In this document: positions 9,971-18,136 of the stretch, in pieces
Layout of the letters: each line of letters begins with the position of its first letter
How positions within the stretch are numbered: the stretch's first letter is position 1
IMG/VR virus record: IMGVR_UViG_3300044472_000055
Span: 57,352-121,351 of that record
Source of the DNA: a virus
Reading direction: 5' to 3' (one strand)
Length of the DNA stretch: 64,000 nt
Translations under genes and position numbers: made by a program
Notes under the pieces: generated by a model
Database searches by the model: none
What the model saw: the letters and a program-made list of their open reading frames with translations, nothing else
Told to the model about the DNA's origin: nothing

Positions 9971-10593
9971 CGTGGAAGCCGACATACACCAGCAAGGGTG
10001 CGGTGCTTTCTGCCGACGGACGGCATCGCTTCGTGCTGCACCGGTCGTGGGTAGGGGAAACCCTTCGCAACGATGTGCTCTACCGCGATCCAATGGCGGA
10101 CTACCGCGCGCTCATCTTTCTCATGCTGAATCCGTCGAAGGCGGATGCTGAGCGCCCGGATCCGACGTTGAATTCATGCGTACGCATCGCAGGTAGCCAT
10201 GGATGCGGGCACGCGCTTCTCGGAAACCTGTGGAGTATCCGATCAACGGACTGGAAGACATTGCGCGATGACACGCTCGATCGAAACGTCGCTGAGAGCG
10301 ACGCGATGCTGATGCAGCTGCTGCTCGATCCGTGCGAGATGTTGTCCATCAACTATCTGTCTGACGTGAAGCTTGTGCTCGCATGGGGCTCGCGAGTCAT
10401 GGACATCCCAGGCGCTGCGCCACGCATTCGTGCCGTCTGCAATCTGATCTCACGCGCTGAGAAACAGCTCGGACATGATCTCCACGTGTATTGCCTCGGG
10501 CAGACACAAAGCGGCAATCCAAACCATCCACTATTCATGGCCGCAACCACGCCGCTTGAGCTGTGGGACGGCATGTGTGAGGCAAAACCATGA
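9967..10593 (+). CDS. DUF1643 family protein
   Basis: S.DGRHRFVL.RSW, FLMLNPSKAD...DPT, NLWSIRST, LAWG, GNPNHPL motifs. Confidence 0.8.
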   Translation: MTWKPTYTSKGAVLSADGRHRFVLHRSWVGETLRNDVLYRDPMADYRALIFLMLNPSKADAERPDPTLNSCVRIAGSHGCGHALLGNLWSIRSTDWKTLRDDTLDRNVAESDAMLMQLLLDPCEMLSINYLSDVKLVLAWGSRVMDIPGAAPRIRAVCNLISRAEKQLGHDLHVYCLGQTQSGNPNHPLFMAATTPLELWDGMCEAKP

Positions 10594-10874
10594 GCAAGAA
10601 CGAAACGTACGTCGGTGTCGAGCTTCCCGAAGGATGGAAGGTCGAGCAGTGGGGATCAGATGGCACTTGTTGGACGATTGTTGCCGGTGCTCTCGGTGGC
10701 GTCACGATCGATTGGAAAAAGCGTGGCTATCGTCTTGGGTGGTCATCTCTCGGCCCGCTTTCCTCGACGAAGAAATACGCCGGCACTGGTTGGAAACAGC
10801 GCCTGATCCGTGACGCTATTGATCGGCTCAGGGGGCGTAACGGGCGTGGACTGGTTGGATTCGAGACGCGATGA
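10590..10874 (+). CDS. hypothetical protein
   Basis: ATGA-coupled to both neighbours. Confidence 0.6.
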   Translation: MSKNETYVGVELPEGWKVEQWGSDGTCWTIVAGALGGVTIDWKKRGYRLGWSSLGPLSSTKKYAGTGWKQRLIRDAIDRLRGRNGRGLVGFETR

Positions 10875-12433
10875 GTACGATCCGTCCGGTTCCAGGGAAG
10901 CACGATTGGTTCTTCGCGCCGACGGAGATCGTCAAGCCGATCTTCGGCGCATCTGGCGTGCATGTCGAAGGCGGTCGTTGTCGCATTCATCGCACGCATC
11001 TGCCGCTACTCGACATCCCTGAGGCACAGGCCCATCTGTTTACGGGTACGAACGACTCTGCTGTGTGGGCTGCACGCAACGCGCGGACAGAGGCACTCGG
11101 GTTCACCCTGCGCACGACGCAGCATCAGGGAATCGATTTCATCGAGCCTCGACGAGGGACGCTCCTCGGCGACGACATGCGCCTGGGCAAAACCCTCACA
11201 GGCGCGATGAGCCACGATCCAGCGCGAGGCCCGCTTGTAGTGATCGCACCACTGCAAACACGTGGTGTGTGGCTGGCATGGCTCAAGCGCGTGTTCCCCG
11301 ACCTCACGATCGGTAAGGTGCTTGGGCGCAAGTTCGATCTGGAGGTGTTGAAGCACCCGATCATCTTCATGCACTACGACGTGATCAAAGATTGGCAGGC
11401 ACCGATTCAAATCGGCACGCTCATCTTCGACGAAGCGCACCTACTCACGAACCCAAAATCGAAGCGCACGAACGCAGCCATCTTTCACGCAGTCAATGCT
11501 GCGAAGGTCATCGCGATGACCGGCACGCCGATCTGGAACATGCCTCCTGATCTGTGGGCGATCCTGACGCTGATCGTGCCCGGCGGTTTCGGCGACTACT
11601 ACAGCTTCTGCAATCGATACGGCGCACCCGAGCCGTCAGCGTACGGAATGAAGTACACCGGCATCTCGCATGAGGCTGAACTGCGTAAACGCATCGATGA
11701 AATCATGCTGCGTCGACGGTGGGTCGATGTTGCTGATGACATCCCGCCGATCACGCGCAACGTGCTTGTCGCGAACATCGACGAAAAAACAAAGAAGAAG
11801 CTCGACATCATCGCTGCCGAGATTCATAGCGATCGCAAGAACACGGCGGCGAATCTCGCGCATTACCGGCGCGTGCTCTCCTTGTTCAAGGTCCCGACGG
11901 TCGTCGGTGAAGCCAAACGCATGCTGGATGCAGACGAGTCGGTCGTTTTGTGGGCATGGCACAAAGAAACAGCGGACGCTCTTCTCGAACGCATCGGGGA
12001 ACGCGGCTATCTCATCCACGGTGATATCTCGATCACTAAGCGGGACGAAATCATCGCTAAGTGGAAGCAAAGTAAGGCCGAGGGGCGCGCGGTCGCGCTG
12101 ATTGCGACGATGTCTGTGGCGCAAGTCGGCCTCGATTTCAGCGGCGCTTCGCCCATTTTCGCCGAGATCGATTGGACGCCTGCCGTGATCGCGCAGACTG
12201 AGATGCGCACGTTTGACCCGAAACGGCCGATGAACGTGACCTTCGTGGTTGCCGACCATCTCATCGAGCAGCGCATCCTGCGATCGCTCATCGCCAAGCT
12301 TGGCGCAGCCAATCCTCTTGGCGTGGGGGCGGCGATCGATGCCATTGACGCACTACGCACTGCGGTGTTCGGTACTCCAGAAGAAGCCGATCTGACCCGC
12401 CTTCTCGACGCATTCCTGTCTGAAGCTGAATGA
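10871..12433 (+). CDS. SNF2-family helicase/translocase
   Basis: DDMRLGKT, LIFDEAH, MTGTPIWN, IHGD, VGLDF, DWTP...QTEMR motifs. Confidence 0.9.
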   Translation: MSTIRPVPGKHDWFFAPTEIVKPIFGASGVHVEGGRCRIHRTHLPLLDIPEAQAHLFTGTNDSAVWAARNARTEALGFTLRTTQHQGIDFIEPRRGTLLGDDMRLGKTLTGAMSHDPARGPLVVIAPLQTRGVWLAWLKRVFPDLTIGKVLGRKFDLEVLKHPIIFMHYDVIKDWQAPIQIGTLIFDEAHLLTNPKSKRTNAAIFHAVNAAKVIAMTGTPIWNMPPDLWAILTLIVPGGFGDYYSFCNRYGAPEPSAYGMKYTGISHEAELRKRIDEIMLRRRWVDVADDIPPITRNVLVANIDEKTKKKLDIIAAEIHSDRKNTAANLAHYRRVLSLFKVPTVVGEAKRMLDADESVVLWAWHKETADALLERIGERGYLIHGDISITKRDEIIAKWKQSKAEGRAVALIATMSVAQVGLDFSGASPIFAEIDWTPAVIAQTEMRTFDPKRPMNVTFVVADHLIEQRILRSLIAKLGAANPLGVGAAIDAIDALRTAVFGTPEEADLTRLLDAFLSEAE

Positions 12434-12474
12434 CTTCGACATGATCGTCAGCCCCAGCGGATAGGGTTGCCGGC

Positions 12475-12822
12475 ATGTCAGCCCCGAAGAACCCGGAACC
12501 AAACGAGCAGGATTTCTGGATCCTGCTCCTCATTTTGTTGGTTACCTCACCGATCACGGCAATCTTCGACGCCATGATTGCTGCGAAGCTGTGGGATCTC
12601 CTCCTCGCCTCGCAATACGGCTCGGGTCCCACGTATCAGACGTGGTACGGCATTGCTCTTTTGTTCGCGTGGGTCGCGAACAAGGCGAAGGATGTCGAAG
12701 TCGACAGGAACGGCGAGAGCTGGTTCGTGTGGGCGATCGTCAAATTGGGGGCGCACATGATCTATGGCGGGCTCGTGCTCGTCACCGCTGGGCTCGTGCG
12801 ATTGCTGTTTGGATGGCACTGA
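12475..12822 (+). CDS. membrane protein
   Basis: three hydrophobic segments; promoter motif at 12447-12467. Confidence 0.65.
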   Translation: MSAPKNPEPNEQDFWILLLILLVTSPITAIFDAMIAAKLWDLLLASQYGSGPTYQTWYGIALLFAWVANKAKDVEVDRNGESWFVWAIVKLGAHMIYGGLVLVTAGLVRLLFGWH

Positions 12823-13880
12823 TGGTGACGTGTCTGCTGTGTGATCGTGAGCTGAGCCCACTCGCTGGGGGTTTCTACTTCACGCATCCAGACGTCGAGG
12901 ATTGTCAGGTACGGTACTGCGATCGTTTCGGTGTGTCCGTCGAAGAAGACGACGCACTACAGACGCCGGCTACTGAACTTGTCGAAGTCGATACGCCACG
13001 AGATCTGGCGAAAGGTGACTTCGTCATCGACCTGGATCCCTACCCACGTGTCGATGAAGTCCTGAAGGAAATCTTCGCTACGTACGGTTTGCAGCGGCTA
13101 GGCGGCCAGTCGACTGGCCGTGGCTGGTCCAGCTTCAACCTCTTTCAGAAGTGTCCACATGCATGGAAGCGTCGGTATATCGACGCTGCGCAGCCTTCGT
13201 TTGTTGTCGAAGCACCGTCGTTAGCGGTGGGCACGCTCGTGCACACGTTCCTTGCAGTCATGTACATGCGCATGATTGTCGATGACTACCCGTTGACGCC
13301 GGAGCTTGTCCGCAGCCTCTGTATGGAGGCGGCACGCCCAGCGTACGTAGACGAAGCGTGGCGCGTGTTCACCGGCTATCGTCTGTTCTACACGTACGAC
13401 AAGATCGAACCGCTCGCGGTCGAGTACGACCTCCGTGATCCGCGCACGGGTGAGAGCTGTCGCTATGACCTCATCGCGTTCTTCCCCGAAGAGTCGGGGC
13501 TGCGTATGCCGGGCACGTACGTTGTCGAGCACAAGACAGCCTCTCGCTTTGACATTGCCACTACGGATGGTTGGGCCAACGACGGCGAAGTGTTGGGGCA
13601 GGCCTTGCTCTGGAAACGTCTCGGGCTCGACAAGCGCTTCGGGCCGCTACGTGGCGTCATCGTGAACATCTGCGGCAAGCAGAAGGAATTGCAATTCCAC
13701 CGTACGATCGTGGCGCCGTCGAGCCTACAGCTCGATCAGCACACCGAAGATCTTCGTCGGTGGGAAGGGCTTATTCAGCTCTCTCGTGCAACGAACAACT
13801 TTCCACGTGCGCGTCATAGCTGCGTTGGTCGGTTTGGCATGTGCGAGTGGTTCGAGGACTGCATCACTGCCAAGAGGTAG
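12822..13880 (+). CDS. PD-(D/E)XK nuclease, Cas4/AddB-like with predicted Fe-S cysteines
   Basis: SSFNLFQKCP, GTLVH, RYDL...VVEHKT, Q..LW, C-terminal C-x6-C-x5-C. Confidence 0.8.
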   Translation: MVTCLLCDRELSPLAGGFYFTHPDVEDCQVRYCDRFGVSVEEDDALQTPATELVEVDTPRDLAKGDFVIDLDPYPRVDEVLKEIFATYGLQRLGGQSTGRGWSSFNLFQKCPHAWKRRYIDAAQPSFVVEAPSLAVGTLVHTFLAVMYMRMIVDDYPLTPELVRSLCMEAARPAYVDEAWRVFTGYRLFYTYDKIEPLAVEYDLRDPRTGESCRYDLIAFFPEESGLRMPGTYVVEHKTASRFDIATTDGWANDGEVLGQALLWKRLGLDKRFGPLRGVIVNICGKQKELQFHRTIVAPSSLQLDQHTEDLRRWEGLIQLSRATNNFPRARHSCVGRFGMCEWFEDCITAKR

Positions 13881-14036
13881 CTATGCCACGAGCAAAGGGT
13901 CAAGCAATCACACCGAAGACGGTGAACTGGTGCGACGAGTGTATTGCCGCCAACTTTCATCGTGCTGATTGCCCTCTGCTCAACGCTCCGCCGCCATCAC
14001 GGAAGCGAACAACGAAACCGAAACCGAAAGTATCCC

Positions 14037-14261
14037 ATGGCTCCGATTCCCGTTAAGTACCGCAAGTACGCCGCTGATCATCTTTCAACGAAAGGGCGGC
14101 GGAAGCACATCAGCATCAGCAAGGAACATCACGAGCGTCTGCGCAAGCAAGCCGAACGCGAAGGGGTTCCGATCGCATACATCGTCGAGCGCGATATCAA
14201 CGTCGTGCTTGAAGGCCCGCCCGCGCCCAAACCACGCAAAGGAAAATGGAGGATCAATTAG
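14037..14261 (+). CDS. ribbon-helix-helix DNA-binding protein
   Basis: KHISISKEHHERLRKQAEREGVPIAYIVE. Confidence 0.65.
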   Translation: MAPIPVKYRKYAADHLSTKGRRKHISISKEHHERLRKQAEREGVPIAYIVERDINVVLEGPPAPKPRKGKWRIN

Positions 14262-14569
14262 TCATGGCCACTCTCGCTCTGCAACCATCGTCGCAATCAG
14301 CTCCACCAACGTCAGCTGCAGCCAAGGTCTGGTCGTTCAAGACGCTGCTCGAAGATGTGAAGCGCTATCTCTGGCGGTACGGGACAGCGACTGATGTCGA
14401 AACCGATCCTATCGAGTTGCTGAAGCAAGCTGCGGATGCGCTTTCGAATCGAGAGAGGCTCTTCGAGGCAGAAGGCGACATGATCGAGAAGCTGGAGAAA
14501 GAGAACGCGCAGCTCAAGGCGGAGCTGGCGGCGGCAAAGGCAAAGCTTCCGCCATGGTGGAAGGGTTAA
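14246..14569 (+). CDS. hypothetical coiled-coil protein
   Basis: heptad-rich C-terminus ending PPWWKG. Confidence 0.55.
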   Translation: MEDQLVMATLALQPSSQSAPPTSAAAKVWSFKTLLEDVKRYLWRYGTATDVETDPIELLKQAADALSNRERLFEAEGDMIEKLEKENAQLKAELAAAKAKLPPWWKG

Positions 14570-14605
14570 ACATCAATGTCAGCCCCAGGTCGTACAACTC
14601 CTCCT

Positions 14606-14842
14606 GTGAACACAGCGATCGCAGACTTCGGGTTCGAACCCTGCCGTGAGGAAAAGTGCAGGATCCCGCAGCTGCATCCAAAGCACGAGTCGCACAATCG
14701 CAAGCCGGCAGTCAGCTTCAGGTGCTGCCCGCTGTGCAAAGGCGCGCTTACCAAACCCGCTCCGAAGAAGAAATCGTACTGCGCAGCTCCGAACTGCGGT
14801 TGGCGCCGCCCCGGAAAGGCGCCGGAGAACACGAATGCGTGA
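14606..14842 (+). CDS. small Cys-rich (Zn-ribbon-like) protein
   Basis: CPLC and CAAPNC; GTG start 7 nt after promoter motif at 14578-14598. Confidence 0.5.
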   Translation: MNTAIADFGFEPCREEKCRIPQLHPKHESHNRKPAVSFRCCPLCKGALTKPAPKKKSYCAAPNCGWRRPGKAPENTNA

Positions 14843-15740
14843 ACTGAAGATCGACGCCCCTGACGATGTGCCGCAGCTGTCCATCTTGAACTACGGTGAT
14901 ACCCGTACCGGCAAGACGACGTTCGGCGGCACCTTTCCACGCCCGCTCATCATCGCTGACACGACTGAGAACGGCTGGAAGAGCGTGTTCACGATGAATC
15001 ACGCGAACCGGTTCGAGCCGGATGTCGAGCCGATCGTCTGGGGCGTCGATCAGATCAACGACCTCTCGATGATGTACTCGCGGATGGACTCGCTGCTCGC
15101 CAGCGGGCGCATCTTCACGATCGTCTTCGACGCGTTCAGCTTCTACTGCGACTTCTACCTCGCCAGCCTGATTCGGTTGCAAGGCAAGCCCGACAACCGC
15201 CAGGCCTATGGTGCACTCGGTCTGCATCTGCGTGAGGTGCGCGTGCAGTTGCAGCAGCGGCGCGCGTCCGTCGTCTACAACTGCCTTGCCAGCCACCCGA
15301 GCGAAGAGGACACCAAGGGTCGCCCGATGATTCCGGGCCAGCAAGCCGACAAGTTCGCGGCCGGCGTCGACATGGTCTTCTACTCACGGCTGGAGAAGAT
15401 CAACAAGCAAGAGACCTACTACGTGCACACGCGGCAGTACGGCAAGTACATCGCCGGCCACCGCGAAGGCATCAACTCCGATCGCCTGCCCGATCCGTTC
15501 AACGGAACGTACTGCGATCTCATCACGCACCTCGGCTACGATCCCGACGCGGTTCGCGCGCGTTTGCCCAAGATCGGCGCGCCTGTTGCGAAGGGCTCGG
15601 TACCGGCTGCTGTCAAGCCGGGCGTTCCCGTCGTCAAGCCCGCGCCTGTCGTCGCGAAACCCACGGTACCTCAGGTCACGTACGTGAAGCCGACGGTGCC
15701 CCCTACCAATGTCAAAGCGCCGCAGGGCGCCAAGCAGTAG
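14835..15740 (+). CDS. AAA_24/Sak4-like ATPase (recombination)
   Basis: YGDTRTGKTTF, PLIIADT.ENG, TIVFDAFS; Pro/Val/Lys tail; adjacent to DUF669. Confidence 0.8.
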   Translation: MRELKIDAPDDVPQLSILNYGDTRTGKTTFGGTFPRPLIIADTTENGWKSVFTMNHANRFEPDVEPIVWGVDQINDLSMMYSRMDSLLASGRIFTIVFDAFSFYCDFYLASLIRLQGKPDNRQAYGALGLHLREVRVQLQQRRASVVYNCLASHPSEEDTKGRPMIPGQQADKFAAGVDMVFYSRLEKINKQETYYVHTRQYGKYIAGHREGINSDRLPDPFNGTYCDLITHLGYDPDAVRARLPKIGAPVAKGSVPAAVKPGVPVVKPAPVVAKPTVPQVTYVKPTVPPTNVKAPQGAKQ

Positions 15741-15776
15741 CAACAGCCAACAACAGTAGAACAAGAAAGAACGATC

Positions 15777-16322
15777 ATGTCCCAAGAGTTTGCAGATTTC
15801 ACCATCGAGCAGGATTACACCGACGTTCCGGAGATGTCGGGAGAGTTTGCGACGCTCCCCGTCGGCGACTACGTCTTCGACATCGTCCATCTGGAGCAGA
15901 AGGCGTCGAGCACCGGCAACCCCGGCGTCAACGTGACGTTCCAGGTTGCGCCGGCCGAGGCGCAGCTCACCGACGAGGCGCGTGCGTTCGCGGGTCAGAA
16001 GGCGTGGAACCTCTACTCGCTCCTGCCGCAGTCGGCGGGTCGCATCAAGAAGCTGATGGTCGCGTGTGGTGCGAACCTCGCGAAGTTCACGGCGAGCGAG
16101 ATCATGAACTCGCGCATCGTCGCGTCGATCACGCACCGCAAGGGCGAGGCGAAGCCGGATGCCGATGGCAACCTGCAGGAAGCCCGCACGTTCGCCAACG
16201 TCGTCAACGAGCGCCCGCTCGAAGCGACGGAGGTGTCGGCCCCGACCCCGGCGAAGGCACCGCCGCCGCCCGTGAAGGCCGCGACGAAGCCGGCGACGAA
16301 CGGCGCCGCACGCCGCGCGTAA
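15777..16322 (+). CDS. DUF669 family (phage SSB-like) protein
   Basis: F.TLPVGDYVFDI...KASSTGNPGVNVTFQV...FAGQKAW pattern; position after Sak4-like gene. Confidence 0.75.
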   Translation: MSQEFADFTIEQDYTDVPEMSGEFATLPVGDYVFDIVHLEQKASSTGNPGVNVTFQVAPAEAQLTDEARAFAGQKAWNLYSLLPQSAGRIKKLMVACGANLAKFTASEIMNSRIVASITHRKGEAKPDADGNLQEARTFANVVNERPLEATEVSAPTPAKAPPPPVKAATKPATNGAARRA

Positions 16323-16339
16323 GCTCCGCAACCCGGGAC

Positions 16340-16630
16340 AAGGCTCTCGCATCGAGGCTATCCTCCTCGATGCGTCAGCTCGGGCGATGAGCCCTACGTT
16401 GCCTCGCTAGAGAACCGGCAACCCGAAGCGACGGAAGCGTGCTCTGTGAGAGACCGTAACAGCGCGGGACTGTGCACGCGTGCTGTGACGATGGGGAGAG
16501 ACCCATTTTTCGCCAAGCGAAACTCGCGATGCGAGGGCGGCGTGCTCACGCCGATCGTCGGTGTATTTTGTCGTACCGTTTGAGCAGGACGATGTGACAT
16601 CGATCGTGGTGAGAGCCCACGTCACTTGGC
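16340..16630 (+). ncRNA. candidate structured non-coding RNA
   Basis: intergenic, with many hairpins (GCATCGAGG/CCTCGATGC, GTTGCC/GGCAAC, CTCGC/GCGAG, GTGAC..GTGG-TGAGAGC-CCAC-GTCAC). Confidence 0.4.
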
Positions 16631-16637
16631 ACTTTTT

Positions 16638-16713
16638 GTAACCGATAGCTCAACAGGAAGAGCGGGCGCCACTTGTGCGCTGGTCATTGGAGGTTCGAAT
16701 CCTCCCGGTTGCG
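16638..16713 (+). tRNA. tRNA-like gene, anticodon loop CACTTGT (CTT/Lys-like, lacks U33)
   Basis: acceptor GTAACCG/CGGTTGC, D arm GCTC..GAGC, T arm GGAGG-TTCGAAT-CCTCC. Confidence 0.55.
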
Positions 16714-16715
16714 CG

Positions 16716-16910
16716 ATGAAACTGAGCGCCCACTCCGCACGTCTCGCTGTCGAGATCGCCGATCGCGTCGTGCCCGAGTACCGCGACGGCAAGCGGAGCT
16801 ACTCGTGTACCGGGACAGTCGCGAAGCGCTGGCAGGCCGCGTACGATGGTGCCTGCATCGCGTTCGTGCGGAGTCAGCGCACGGTCATCGCAGCCTCTCG
16901 CAAGCGCTGA
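16716..16910 (+). CDS. hypothetical protein
   Basis: 64-aa ATG ORF. Confidence 0.5.
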   Translation: MKLSAHSARLAVEIADRVVPEYRDGKRSYSCTGTVAKRWQAAYDGACIAFVRSQRTVIAASRKR

Positions 16911-17061
16911 CGCTCGAAGTTTTTGTGGTCTGCCGTCGCTGTTGGGATGCGAAAAGACGTCCGCCAGCGACGGCGGGCTGCGCCTTCCGGAGCGGGCGGA
17001 GAGATCTCGCTCAGGTTTTTTTCTGATGTGCGCGGGAGCGCAGGGTGGTGTCGCAGGGGCT

Positions 17062-17200
17062 TGTGGATAACCGGTGGACGACGCATTTTCCCAAAAATAT
17101 TTTCTGTGGATCGCGTCTTCGAAGTAGTTGGCGCACCAACGAAAGATCTCCCTGTGGATCCCTGTGGAGAGAAAACATCCGCAAAAAAGTTGAATCCACA
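17062..17200. promoter_or_regulatory. DnaA-box cluster, candidate replication origin
   Basis: perfect TGTGGATAA at 17062 plus degenerate boxes at 17105, 17153, 17163 and 17192 amid A/T runs in a ~400-bp intergenic gap. Confidence 0.55.
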
Positions 17201-17330
17201 GATCAGCCTCCGTTAGAGAGTGGGCTCACACGTCACACCGAGCGTCGGTGCATCGGTTGACGGTCAAACCGCTAGCGACTCCCGTGCACGAATTCAGTTC
17301 GTGGGGAGATCTCCAGGGGGCTGGATAGGT

Positions 17331-17807
17331 ATGTCCAAGGCTGGGAATTGTCCGATCATCGTCGATGGTCGTGAGGTCGATCCGCGTTGCATTTGCCGGG
17401 AAGAGCACTGTGACCGCGTAGGCGTTCACCTCGCTCATGGTGTCGTCCCGCCACCCAAGAAAGAGCGCCCGCCCACGCCAGGACGTGCGCTGTGGAAGCG
17501 TCCGTCGAGCAAAGCGCTCGACAACGCGATCGCGAAGGCGACGTCGAAGTATTGGGCCACGCACTTCGGTGCGATCCTGCGCGAAGTCAGGAACGACTAC
17601 GGCACCGCCGAGTCGGAGCACTCGCTCGAACGTGCCGTTTATCGGCACCTGAAGAAGCTCGTCGCTCGTGGGCACATCGTGAAGCTCGACCTCGGGCTCT
17701 CGTTCGCCGCGTATCTGCGTCCCGGCAGCAAGCTGCTCAACGACATCGACTATCTGCGCGAGCAGATGGTGGATCAGCTTGAAGTGCACGGGCAGTACGC
17801 GGCATGA
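17331..17807 (+). CDS. hypothetical protein, possible wHTH
   Basis: ERAVYRHLKKLVARGHIVK. Confidence 0.55.
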   Translation: MSKAGNCPIIVDGREVDPRCICREEHCDRVGVHLAHGVVPPPKKERPPTPGRALWKRPSSKALDNAIAKATSKYWATHFGAILREVRNDYGTAESEHSLERAVYRHLKKLVARGHIVKLDLGLSFAAYLRPGSKLLNDIDYLREQMVDQLEVHGQYAA

Positions 17808-18136
17808 CACGACTCGATCGGTTCGAGGCGCAGCAGATCGGTGAGGAATGGGCGCGAGAGACTCTCGCCAGGATCGACGAAGCGCTCAAAAAGCTTCCGA
17901 AGGCAGCGCAGCTCGACAGCGTGATGTGCTGCCCGCTGTGCCATCGTCCGCTGGTCACGCGGTACCGCGTGCTCAAGAAGTACAGTCGTCGAGGATACAT
18001 CACAGCGTATCATCCGTTGTGGTACTGCGAGACCCACGACTTCACCGTCGAGATCAATCACTCGAACAAGAAGCTCGTCAAGCACAAGCCAAACGTGCGG
18101 CGAAAACGATCGCTAGGTAGCGCCTCCAACACATGA
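17804..18136 (+). CDS. Zn-ribbon-like protein
   Basis: CPLC...YCETH; coupled to polymerase start. Confidence 0.55.
   Translation: MTRLDRFEAQQIGEEWARETLARIDEALKKLPKAAQLDSVMCCPLCHRPLVTRYRVLKKYSRRGYITAYHPLWYCETHDFTVEINHSNKKLVKHKPNVRRKRSLGSASNT

Noticed and set aside
12822-13880. Cas4 as part of a CRISPR adaptation module
   Set aside because: It sits with the Sak4-like ATPase and DUF669 in a standard phage recombination module; no cas1/cas2 seen.
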